The notes under the pieces were generated by a model, which worked only from the letters and a program-made list of their open reading frames with translations, was not told the origin of the DNA and did no database searches. Below, piece by piece: positions 25,908 through 38,471 of a DNA stretch of 64,000 bases. Position 1 is the stretch's first letter. Each line of letters begins with the position of its first letter. This DNA comes from Scyliorhinus canicula. Lineage: Eukaryota. The stretch is from positions 46,069,404-46,133,403 of the forward strand of contig NC_052155.1 in the NCBI RefSeq assembly GCF_902713615.1, written 5' to 3'. The position numbers were made by a program, and so were the translations under genes.

Positions 25908-26130
25908 GGCAGCACGGTGGCCTAGTGGTTAGCACAACCGCCTCATGGTGCTGAGGTCCCAGGTTCGATCCTGGCTCTGGGTCACTGTCCGTGTGGAGTT
26001 TGCACATTCTCCCTGTGTCTGCGTGGGTTTCGCCCCCACAACCCAAAAATGTGCAGAGTAGGTGGATTGGCCACGCTAAATTGCCCCTTAATAGAAAAAA
26101 TAATCGGGTAATCTAAATTTATAAAAAAAA
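25908..26130 (+). mobile_element. V-SINE, A-tailed subfamily with 17-bp TSD
   Basis: TSD AGACTTCTCA(C/T)TTGGCA at 25891-25907 and 26131-26147; poly-A end. Confidence 0.92.
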
Positions 26131-26332
26131 AGACTTCTCATTTGGCAATTACTTTTCAATCTCGGGCTCCAGCACTTTGTATCCTTGTGTCAGCAAATTA
26201 CCTTTATGCAATTGAACACACATTTGTAAGAAAATATCTTCCAAGCTGAAAAGGCAGGAAAGGTCGAAAGCGATCATTAAAACATTAAACCAGAATGAGG
26301 TGAATTACCAACTGTTTGATTAGAATGAATGA

Positions 26333-26485
<153 letters not shown>

Positions 26486-27213
26486 TAACGTATTCATTTT
26501 GCTTCATCTAATTTTCATCTGGTGTTGTCTGTTGCCTTAACATGTTACTTGGGTTTCTTTGTTTCCTTGAGTAATATGGCCCTGATGAGTTATATTGCTT
26601 TTATAAGTCTTACTTCAGTCTCTGCCAAACAGGAAAAGGAAATCGGGAAGTTGGCTCCACTCACAGCCCCCAGTCCTCTGGCACATGTGCAAATTCTTCA
26701 ACTGCTTCTGTCACTATTGTGTGCCATTTGCTTATCGAAACCTCCCTCCCACCACTCCTCTTGCTGCTCCTTTTGCCATGAGCTCACTCCCCCACCACTC
26801 ACATCCTCCCCCACTTCCTCCCAATTGCTTTGCCACTTCCCTCACTACTGCCCCTCCACTCGGGAACGAGCAATGGAATGGATGCTGTGGAGTGGGAGAG
26901 GTGAAAGGAGCAGCGAGGAGCTGCGGGAATAGAGCAGGAAGAGAAGTGGTGAAGGGGTGGGGGGAGGAAAGAGGATGGAGTGGTGAGATGACGGGGAGAG
27001 AAAGTGAGTGGGAGCAACAAAAGAGGTAGGGGGAAGCGGACGAGAACCAGGATAACATTGTGTTTTCTGACATTGTTAGATCATTGCCATCTTTAATGAA
27101 ACCTGGGATGTTGCTATCATTGATGTCCCAGGCTCTGACAATGCATCTGCTTGTGTACAGGAAGTGCTCCCCCTACTGTTGCTGCACCAATCAATGCAGT
27201 CTTAAAAAATCAT

Positions 27214-28268
27214 GACCGGGATTCTCCAAAAACACGGCTAAGTGTTGCCTCTTGGCCCAGTAATTGCTCCACACTGCTCCAGCTGCCGTACACGGCGCTA
27301 CACTGCCGGCCGCGGGTCCGTGCATGCGCGCGGCGGTCGCTTCTGCGGCGGCGCTGCCCAACATGGTGGAGCCACACAGTGGGTTGGCGTGGATGAAGGT
27401 AGGACCCCCCCCCCCCCCCCCCCAGATTGCGCGTCCTCGCCAATTGGTGGCCCCCGATCGCGGGCCCGGCCGTTGTGGAGGCCCCTTCCGGAACCTGATC
27501 CCCCCGCCAGGGTGGCCTCCGCAGCCGCGACGCCGAGCTCCCGCCAGGTGGAACTATGTTGGAACTATGCCGGCAGCAACTCGGCCGGTCGAACGCGGAG
27601 AATCGCCACGGGGGCATTTTTCACAGCCCCCAACCGGCACTGTGTCGACTGTGCACGCGCAACTGCTGCTGATTCTTCGGTCACCAGAGAATTGCATCCC
27701 GGCGTCGGACTCAATCGCGGGTCTGAGGCCCTGGGCGGCATTCTGTGATCCTGAGGCTAAGTGTTGACGCAGTAAGAAACGCTATCGCGTTCAAGCCGCT
27801 CCAGCTGCGGATCTTGGAGTGAACTAGGTGCTGCGGGGTCCGCGCATGCGCAGTGGCAACAGTGCTAACGCACGCATGTGCAGTGACACCGGCACCAACA
27901 CGCGCATGCGCAGTGGCTCCCTTCAACGCGCCGGCCCCGACGCAACATGATGCAGGACTGCAGGGGCCAGCGCGGAAGAAAGGATGCCCCCAGCCAGATA
28001 GGCAGGCCCCGCATCCCCCCCCCCCCATGGGCCACCCCCAGACCCTTCAATGCCGAGGTCCCGCCAGCTGAGAGCAAGTGTGAACGGCGCTGGCGGGACT
28101 CGGGTTTTTTACGACGGCCGCTCGGCCCATCCGGCTCTGCGGAGAATCGTGTCCTGGTGTCAGGGCGGCGTGGCGCCATTCGCGCTAGTCGCGGGGATTC
28201 TCCGGCCCTGAGCGAGTCCCGCCCCCTATTCTCCGCCTTTTGGCCCGGAGGCTCAGGGAATCCTGGCC
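27214..28268. mobile_element. Harbinger MITE with a second MITE (27733-28224) nested inside
   Basis: Outer TIRs GACCGGGATTCTCC / GGGAATCCTGGCC with TSD CAT/GAT; inner ends GGGCGGCATTC / GAGTCCCGCCC with TSD CCT. Confidence 0.8.
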
Positions 28269-28989
28269 GATGTTTCCCAGCCTGTGATCCCACAAAAAGC
28301 CTTGTTGTTTTTCAGGCATTATCATTGAGCTTTCAACTCCACTTTGTTACAGTTAAGAACCAGAAACTCTTCTTTCCACCCATCCTCCCATCAGGATAAT
28401 CTTCCTTGGCTCTGGTGTGACTCAGTTGCTGATGGCCACTATTGGAGCCCCAGAGGCCCACATGTAGGTGGTGTTTGGTGTGGTGGGAAGAGGTGGGCTG
28501 ATTGTGGCACTGCAGAGTGTGGAACTGAGCTATGCAGCCAATTCCAGGTTTGCTTCCTTGTGTTCAGTCTTGACTGATCTCAGCTAGAGAAATGATAGGG
28601 GCAGGGGGGATAAGAAACGATTGCTGTTTCTGATTACTAATTATCGACACCAGCTGGAATGTTTTCAGTTTAGTAGAAATTTGTGAAGATTGGATTGGTG
28701 CCACTCACCTAAGAGTGACCTACTGATGTTGCTGTCTGGATTTTCAAATATAAATTTAAAAAGAAGTTGCGAGAGCAGAATTCTTTTTCATGTGAAGATT
28801 CTTCGGGATGCAGATTAATGTTGTTGAAACCAAAGGAATGATATTTAGCAGGAAATTAGATAGGCACTTGAAGAAAATATTGAAAATATTCAAGATTTGA
28901 GAAAAATTATATTGGAGAAGATGGCTATGCTGGTGATGGGGGTGAATGGCATTCTGTGAAAATTGTTTATTCGGGAGCAATGCTGGCAT

Positions 28990-29325
28990 AGGGCATTGCA
29001 GGGTGGGTTAGTATTGCTGCTTCACAGCGCCAGGGTCATGGGTTTAATTTCAACCTTGGGTGACTGTGTGGAGTTTGCACTTTCTCCCCGTGTCTGCATG
29101 GGTTTCCTCCGGGTGCTCCGGTTTCCTCCCACAGTCCGAAGATGTGCAGGTTAGGTGGATTGGTCATGCTACAAATTGCCCTTTACTGTCCATGGATATC
29201 CAAGTTCAGTGCGGTTTTCGGGATAGGGTGGGGGAGTGGGCTTAGGTAGAGTGTTCTTTCGGAAGGTCGGTGCAGACTTGATGGGCCAAATGTCCTCCTT
29301 CTGCATTGTAGAGATTCTATGATTT
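28990..29325 (+). mobile_element. V-SINE with CR1-type tail
   Basis: V-domain TGTGGAGTTTGCACTTTCTCCCCGTG; tail CTGCATTGTAGAGATTCTATGATT. Confidence 0.85.
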
Positions 29326-29392
29326 GAGGGTCTCTGGTGCTGCCTCACACCCAAGTCAGTGGGGAGGGAGAGGGGTGAGGGAAAAAATGTGA

Positions 29393-29596
<204 letters not shown>

Positions 29597-29959
29597 CAAC
29601 AAAACCTATAGGGGGAGCGGAAGTACTCTTGGCAATTGGTGTTGTTTACATTGTAAGAATGAAGACAGTTTGGGGGTTCCACCACAAGCTGACTCGTGGC
29701 CTGTACCGAATGACCAACTCTGATGTCTTCACGGCACAATGATTTCTTTAGTATTAAAAAGGATTGGGTTTCTTCTCACCGGGGTGAAATTTAACGGAGA
29801 AGAAAAATATTTTGAACAATTTCAAGGATACAGTCCACATTTGATCGGCTCCTTTTACTTAGCCACGAACTCTCATCCTTCTCTAGTTTGTATCTCCCTC
29901 GTGCCCTTTCCGAGCTCATCTTGTCCATTACTGCCCCCCCCCCCCCCCCCCACCATTCC

Positions 29960-31065
29960 TTTGACCCCATTGTGACTGAACTCCAGACTACCCAACTTTC
30001 TTTTCTGACTCCCATGTTAGCTGATTTTGTTGACTTCTCTTTCTTGACATTATCATCCTCTACTTCAAATCTGCCATCACCACCCCTCCCACAGAGAACC
30101 AACCCTTGACCCACTTCATCCTTGCAAACTGTGCTTCATATCCAACCTCTCTTTCCTCCTTTTATTGAACATGATGTCACCTCCCAAATCTTTACCTATC
30201 TTTCCTGGAACTCCATATTTGAATCTCTCCAATCAGATTTTTGCCCTGCCACTGTGCTGAAATAACCCTTACCAAAGTCACAAATGACATCCTATGTAAC
30301 TATGACAAAGGTAAACTTCCTCTCCTTGACCTATTTAACCTATCTACAGTCATTGACATGGATGGCTGCCATCCTACAATGATTCTCCTCCATCTTCCAG
30401 CTTGTGGGATTGCACTTGGCTGGTTCCATTCTTATCTATCTAACCAGAAAATAACCTGCAACAGTTTCTCTTCCTGCTCCCTCCCTGTTCGGTGTTTCCC
30501 AAGGATGATCCCTCTTCTATTTCTCACTTGCATGCTGCCCCTTGGTGACAATTTCTACAAAAATTGTCAGTTTTCACTTGTATGATCACAACATCCATTT
30601 CCACCTCACCACCACCTCTCTCAATGGGCTCCACTGTTTCTAAATTGTCAGGCTTCTTGTCTGACATCCAATACTAGATCAGCTGAAATTTCTTACCAAC
30701 TAAATTTTGGGTTGTCTTCTATGCTCACCACAAACTCCAACCCTTTTGACAACTGTCTGAAACTAAACCACACTTCGCAACATTGATGTTATTATTTGAC
30801 CCCAAGATCAGCTTCTGACCATATATAGATCATCAGCAGTAACATCGCCTTCTATAACATCGCCTGCCGCTGCACTTGCCTCAGTTGATCTGCTGTTGTA
30901 ACCTCATCCATGCCTATGTTACCACCAGACTTGACCAGTCCAACACATTTGTGGCTAGTATTCTGCTCATTCTACCCTGCAAAACCTGAGGTCATCTCTG
31001 TTACCCATGTGCTAACTGGCACCATGCCCTGTTCACCCTTGTGATTACTGACCTACATTGAATCT
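29960..31065 (+). mobile_element. Old L2-like LINE RT remnant in the MYD88 3' flank/UTR
   Basis: EITLTKVTNDIL, LLDLFNLSTVID, GIALGWFHSYLS, TTRLDQSN-like motifs. Confidence 0.65.
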
Positions 31066-31451
31066 CAGAATTGTTAGAGTGCAGAAGGAGACCATTTGGC
31101 CCATTATACCAACATGGCTGATCTCCCTCTGAAGTGCATTTTTATGAGCCGTACATTTCAAGAAAACCGATCCGCTTCCATCGTGTCAGAATGAATGGTT
31201 ATAAATTGCAGGTCTCTCAAGTGACTCCCACATCCTGAGTGTGGAAAACGTATAGGAGAACACATTGCTTGGAGCTTTTCTGAAAAATGTGAAGACAAAT
31301 CAGCTTTTTCTTGGCCTCCGTGACCATTACTTTCACTTCAACTTGTGCAACGGGTTTGTTCCTTTTTTCTCTGTTATTATGTTTTTATGAAATTTCTTTT
31401 CATTGACATTTGTGTGTTTTTTAACGTGAAAAACCAGTACGTAAATAATTC

Positions 31452-31457
31452 AATAAA
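31452..31457 (+). terminator. Candidate MYD88 polyadenylation signal
   Basis: AATAAA followed about 15-30 nt later by GT-rich GGTTTGTTGCAGGTGTTT at the end of an AT-rich unique segment; alternative ATTAAA near 29753. Confidence 0.4.
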
Positions 31458-34400
31458 ATTTTTCTAGAGGTTTGTTGCAGGTGTTTCCAGTGGTTAATGT
31501 GATCAGTGGTTGGTTTTCCCCCGTGATAAAATGTAAAACACCAGCAAAAAACTCATTTAAAATGCTTGTCTTAAACTGTACTCGGCCTCCGTCCTTTCTT
31601 CCCACCCAGTTTTTTAAATATATATATATGCCCCAATGAAGCACTGTGTAGAGTAGATACCATGACATATTGGTTGCTAGTGATGCAAAGGGAGAGCTGG
31701 TTTAATGATGGAGCATGCATTGGAATTAAATGGAAGGGCAGAATGTTTGACTCTTTTCATCAACACGTGGCAATGGGAATCCTATGAAAAATAATTTGCA
31801 TTTATTTAGGACATTTCACAACCTCAGGATGTGCCATACTGGTTCACAATCAATGAAGGGCATTTCAGGTGTAGTCATCACATTGAAGAGTACAATCTAG
31901 AGACCTAAGATCTGAGACATGAGTTCAAATCCCAATTCGGGGAATTTAAATTCAACTAATTAAAATAACCTGGAATCAATATCCCACATGGAGCCCACCC
32001 GCTTCCCAGCCCTGCTGGGGTCGGGATTCACTTTCAGAGACTGACAAGCTGGAGCAGCCTTTAAGTGTTCCACTCACCACAGACTGTCACTCCAGCAAGA
32101 AGATGGCTGCTAAAAGACCTGCTACAAAATTCCTGGAATCAGAAATCAACCGAATGCGGGACACCGTTGAGAGGAGGGACACCCTTTTCACCAGATTAGG
32201 GTGGAGACTCGATCCTGCCATGCTGAACAACGCCTGGGGTGAGGTGGTAGAGGCTGTGCATGCTGCCAGCCACACCAAGAGAACCAGTATGCTATGCCTT
32301 AAGAAGATGAACATAACTCCTTAGAGAAGTTTGGGTGAGTAGCACATCCATGCCCCTAGCATCACTCCCATTCCTCACCCCTCGCCTCTGCCTCCAATAC
32401 CTGAGAGGCCAACAATGCCCCACCTTCCCTGTGTCTCCCTTATGACCCACCTTCCACAAACCCTCAACACATGTATTGTCCACTTTTGCCAAGAGGCTTG
32501 CACTTACATACCACCAGCTACAAACCCTCATAAAAATCCCAGCATCTCACTATGTCGTTTCTGTGTCTCCAAGGATGAAGTGGCCCGTAATCACCATGAG
32601 TGCCGGAGAATGGGAGGAGGCATCCCAGATATTCAAGTCCACATCCCTTCTGAGGAAAGGGCCCTGCAACTTGGGGAGGATGAGGAGAGGGAAGTGGCTA
32701 CAATGGGGTTTGATATGCACCAAATAAGTGAGAGTCCAATGCAATGCAGATGTCCCTACAGCATGAGAGGCACTCCTCTTCCCACAGACCAGTCCTTCCC
32801 AAGATCTCACCCCATGTCTTTAATTTTGCAGGATCCCCAGCAGACGGGGCCGGGTTGTCCAGGGTCACTGCCCCCATTCAAACCCTCAGAACGTCCCGGA
32901 GCACTACTCATCACTGTTTCCACCACTCATCACTGCTTCCACCAGCACCATTGACCAACGCAGAGACTCGGTGGGAAATGTTAGTGATCAGGCTCCTGGG
33001 TCATCCTCTGATGAGTACCACACACATGCTGCAGCACATCAGGTAGAAGTAGGGACTCCCGATGGAGTGAACGGTCAGAGGTCTGCCCAATCCCAGGGAA
33101 CAGCTGTCGCCAAGACAGATATTGCACTTCTGGAAAAGATGAACCCATCACTGGTGCAGCTGCAAAAGCACAGCCAGAATTTACAGTGCCTGCGAGTACA
33201 GCTGGAGGAGTCCAGCCAACTTCAGGTGCAGGAGATGATGCCGACAATGCGTGGTACCCAGGCCAACACTGAGTGGGAAAGCTCGGGGCAAGATGTCCGA
33301 GTCATGTGCCAGGACATCCAAAGCTTAGGGAACACTGCTGCTCACTAAGCTGAGGCACAGAGAGCCAAGTCACAGGTGGATATGTGGCAGCTGCACATGG
33401 ACATTGCGGTGGCACGCCAGAGCTTAGCCCATTTGAAAAAGGTCATGGACCCGAGAGCATCAAGAGCATCATGGGTGAGGGCATAGGCCAGGTGCTGACC
33501 GAGCTTAGCCAATCACAGAGAGACATGACACCGTCTCAGAGGGATATGACCGAGACACTGAGGGACATGATTCACTCAATGAGGGACATGACCCACTCTA
33601 AGGTCGCCATGGCTGTGGACATCAAGACCACGGTTCAGATGAGGGCGGTCTCCAGGACTGGTAGCACCAGATGACAGAATCACTCTGGCCTCACCTCCGT
33701 CCCATGGAGTAGCTAGGAGGCCATCAAGCAACCCTAGGGAATGGGAGGTGCTGGGACTCTTCCTGGTGCCTTTTGTAGGGGAGATGCTGGAACACCTCAG
33801 CCCTTCCGAATCCCCCTCACCTAACACTGCTGCATCTCGTCGGCAGCAGGCAGAACAGGCTGACACGCCATCACTTGTGCCACCTGAAATTCGTCTGGGC
33901 CTATTCAGGCCCAGGCCTTCCAGAGGATGCCCACCAAGCGCATCACAGGGATGAGGGCGGGACAAGCAGCAGGCTGCCTATACTTATGATGTTCTGTCTC
34001 AGGTAACACCTAGAAGAAGTGGTAGGCCAGGAAAGATAGATGACACTTAAGTTGGCACAGGTGTGGTATAGTCAGGGGGAAGGGCACACATATTATAAAT
34101 ACTCACCATTAGACACTTTTGCACCACCTGTCCGATTTGCCTTTAACCTCTGTCTCACCAATGTGAAGGATGGGCGAGGTCTGAGTGTTATACGGCAGCT
34201 GGGGGCAGCAGGCATGGGGGGGGGAGGGTAGAGAGCCCATGACGCATGAATGTCGGACATGGTTACATCGAGAAGTGGCAGGGCATAGGGGCAACAGTGT
34301 GAGCCCGCCTTGTTCGACAGCCCTAATGAGTGAGCCCTAACCAGTCATTATCTCCGCCACCCTCCCACCCAACATATTTGGGTCGGTGGGAAAGAATTGC

Positions 34401-34721
34401 CAGCGCACATGCAGAGATCATCCGGGTAGATAGTGGTATGTTATCTTAAAGAGAAGAGTCAGACTGTCAGACAGTGAGGAGCAGCAGAGCTCAACCCACA
34501 GTGAGTCGGCATCATCCTCCTCCCCGTTCATGGACAAGACTTGCTGATACTGCTAACCAGAGCCAACACCCTGTGGCAATGCTAGGGTGACCCTCAGGGG
34601 GAGCTGTGGTAATGGAAAGGGGCGAAAGACTAGGGGGAAGTTGGAGTGAAGGAAAAAGGGAGGGGTGGGTGGACTAAGGGAGGGGGAAGGGGTGGGTGGA
34701 GTAAGGGAGAGAGAATGGGTG

Positions 34722-35618
34722 TGTAGAGATCTACCATGCGGTTCGAGTGAAGTCTCGCAACACTATAGAACTCGGTAGACATTTGAGTGACACTTCTCGG
34801 ATGCAAGTAAGAATCTTTTATTGCATCTACTGATTACAATTGAGAGAAACTTAAATCTATTCTCAATAAAGCCTTGCCAACAAAAGGCTTAAAGAGAAGT
34901 ATTTTATAAAACAATTTAACTTTCAAAATAATACAAAAATGGTTTCTTGCTTACGGCAAAACAGCTTGCGCGAACTTCAAGAGTTAGAGTGGAAAAGTGA
35001 AAATACGAAAATTAGGACGTAGATCAAAGTATAGAGTGATCCTGGATAGAAAATGGCTGTGCGGACCCTCATGTTTAAGGAGAATGTTATCAGTCTGAAG
35101 CCATCTTTCTATACCTCTATGTCGTCCTAATTGGTTTGGGTAAGTTTCAAATACATTTGATTTGATGGTTAACTGTCAATCCTCAATGTGCAACATAAGT
35201 TTTAAATGTTTCATGTTTGAATATTTGTGTGCTATGAAATGTGATTTTGTGCTGTAATCAAGTCTGGTTTTTACTGGTTTTCTGCTGACTTCACTTTATT
35301 CATATTCTGAACAATGGTAGTTTCATATTGCTATGGTGCTTATTTCGACCTTGATCTTGATTACTGGTACAGCTCTTTTCTCAATATGAAACTTACTTTG
35401 AAGAACAATAGTCTGTTCAAATTGTCAGTAAAAATGTTTTTATCTCCAATTAGTTTGTGGATGTGTCAGGCTTTGTACCTCCATTTAAGTTATGTGTTTT
35501 GTCATGACCTCAGGTTATGAATACTGAAATCTTTATTGTAAAATGGGTATTAAAGACTGGGCTTTAATATTTACATTAAAATAGCCTTTTACCTGTTAGA
35601 AATAGCTGATTTCCTTCA
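34722..35618 (-). mobile_element. Solo LTR, ERV-like
   Basis: TG...CA termini with perfect 5-bp TSD GGGTG (34717-34721, 35619-35623); minus strand starts TGAAGGAAATCAGC. Confidence 0.75.
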
Positions 35619-36287
35619 GGGTGGATGGGCTAGATCACACACTGGGCAACCTGCCATGCCAGCTCAAGCTCCACGCCCAGGTCCCATCTTCGTCCTCCTC
35701 GTCAGATGAGGCCTGACATTCTTTCTCCCCTTTCAGCATGTCACCCTGCTGCTGCGTGACGTTCAGAAGTACACAGCAGGCCACCATGATGCTAGAGACC
35801 CTCTGGGGGCTATATTGGAACACCATAAGACATAGGAGCAGAATTAGGCCACTCGGTCCATCGAGTCTGCTCCGCCATTCAATCATGGCTGATATTTTGT
35901 CATCCCCATTCTCTTGCCTTCTCCCCATAACCCCTGATCCCTTTATTAATCAAGAACCTATCTATCACTGTCTTAAAGACACTCAGTGATTTGGCCTCCA
36001 AAGCCTTCTGTGGCAAAGAGTTCCATAGATTCACCACCCTCTGGCTGAAGAAATTCTTCCTCATCTCTGTTTTAAAGGATCGTCCCTTTAGTCTGAGATA
36101 GTGTCCACTGGTTCTAGTTTTTCCTACAAGTGGAAAAATCCTCTCCATGTCCACTCTATCCAGGCCTCGCAGTATCCTGTAAGTTTCAATAAGATCCCCC
36201 CTCATCCTTCTAAACTCCAACAAGTACAGACCCAGAGTCCTCAACCGTTCCTCAGACGACAAGTTCTTCATTCCAGGGATCATTCTT

Positions 36288-36792
36288 TTTTTTAAAATAA
36301 ACATTTTATTGAGGTATATTTGGTATAGTAACAACAGAATAAACAATATACATGAAACCATAAACATAGTGCAAGAGCCATTTACCTCTCATACAGGTCC
36401 CACCCTTATTAACCCCCTACTCTAATCTAAACCACCCCACCCTCGTCTACTGACCATTAATTTCCTGCAAAGAAATCGACGGAATGGTTGCCACCTCTGG
36501 GTGAACCCTAACAAGGCAAACTTGATTTTCTCCAAACAGAGAAAGCTGGCCATGTCAGATAGCCAGGTCTCTGACTTCAGGGGCTTTGAGTCCCTCCATG
36601 CTAATAGTATCCGTCTCCGGGCTACCAGGGAAGCATAGGCCAGAACACCTGCCTCTTTCTCCTCCTGGATTTCCGGGTCTTCTGACACCCCGAAAATTGC
36701 CACCTCTGGACTCAGCGCCACCCTTGTTTTTAACACCATGGACATGACGTCCTCAAACCCCTGCCAAAATCCTCTATAGCTTTAGACCTATT
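36288..36792 (-). mobile_element. Tx1/L1 3' fragment nested in CR1
   Basis: AIFGVSEDP..LAYASLVARRRILLAWR; poly-A end; TSD GATCATTCTT (36278-36287, 36793-36802). Confidence 0.88.
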
Positions 36793-37327
36793 GATCATTC
36801 TTGTGAACCTCCTCTGGACCCTTTCCAAGGCCAGCACATCCTTCCTTAGATACAGGGCCCAAAACTGATCACAATACTCCAAATGGGGTCTGACCAGAGC
36901 CTTATACAGCCTCAAAATACATCCCTGGTCTTGTATTCTAGCCCTCTTGACATGAATGCTAACATTGAATTTGCTTTCTTTCATGCTGACTGAACCTGCA
37001 CATTAAACGTAAGAGAATCGTGAACAAGGATTCCCAAGTCGCTTTGTACTTCTGATTTCCCAAGCTATTCCCCATTTAGAAAATAGTCTATGCCTAAATT
37101 CTTCCTTCTAAAGTGCATAACCTCATACTTTTCCACACTGTATTTCATTTGCCACTTCATTGCCCACTCTCCTAGCTTGTCCAAATCCCTCTGCAGCCCC
37201 CCTTGCTTCCTCAATACTACCTGTCCCTCTACAGATCTTTGTATCATCTGCAAACTTAGCAAGAATGCCTTCAGTTCCTTCTTCCAGATCATTAATGTAT
37301 ATTGTGAAAAGTTGTGGTCCCAAGGAG

Positions 37328-38262
37328 GAGGGAGCCTCAGTTTGGACCCCGTTACGGAACAACCATAGATTTGCTCCGTGCAGGATAGATGGGGGGTTTC
37401 AAGGCTGGTATAGGGCAGGCATTAGAAGGATGGGGGACCTGTTTATAGATGGGACTTTCCCCAGCGTTCAGGCTCTGGAGGAGAAGTTCGGCCTGCCCCC
37501 GGGAAATGCTTTCAGATACCTCCAGGTTCGGGACTTTATCAAGAAACATTTCTGCTGTTAGCCCCTCAAAGGATACAGGACAGGGTTGTGTCTGGCATCT
37601 GGGTAGGAGAGGGGTAGATGTCGGACATATATCAGGAGCTGCTGGAGGCGCAGGAAGCCTCAGTTGAGGAGCTGAAGGGCAAGTGGGAGGAGGAGCTGGG
37701 TGAGGAGCTGGATGAGGGCTTGTGGGCTGACACCCCGGGCAGGGTGAATTCGTCCGCATCATGCGCCGGGCTCAGTTTGATTCAATTTAAGTTGGTGAAC
37801 CGGGCTCACGACGACGGCAAGAATGAGCAAGTTTTTTGGGGTGGAGGACAGGTGTGCAAGATGTGCAGGGAGTCCAACGAACCATGTCCATATGTTCTGG
37901 GCATGCCCGGCACTTAAAGAATTCTGGCAGGGCTTTGCAAAGGCTATGTCCAGGATTCTGGACACGCGGGTGAAGTTGAGTCCAACAATAGCGATATTTG
38001 GGGTGTCGGAGGATCCGGGAGTGCAGGAAGTGAAAGAGGCCGAGGTGTTGGCCTTTGCCTCCCTGGTAGCCCGGAGACGGATCTTGTTAATGTGGAGAGA
38101 CTCCCTGAGCGTGGAGACCTGGGTTAGCGATATGGCTGGGTTTCTCAGCCTGGAGCGAATAAACTTTGCCTTGAGAGGGTCCTTGATGGGGTTCTCCCGG
38201 CGGTGGCAACCTTTCCTTGACTTTCTAGGGGAGCGGTAAAGTGTCAGCAGCTGCAGCAATGG

Positions 38263-38309
<47 letters not shown>

Positions 38310-38471
38310 CTCAGGTGATGGGGGGGGGGGACTTGTTGATCTAACGTGTATTTTCATTTTGTATAATGATAGCAGCCACCTTGTTTTGTTAAATATTTTT
38401 TGTTTACTGTTTTTCTTTTTGTTATGTAAAAATCCCGGTTGAAAAAAGCTTTAATAGAAATAATTTTTTTT
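37328..38471 (+). mobile_element. Tx1/L1 3' fragment nested in CR1
   Basis: FRYLQVRDF, CARCAGSPTNHVHMFWACP, AIFGVSEDP; TSD about AAAAG(G)TTGTGGTCCCA(A)GGA. Confidence 0.88.
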
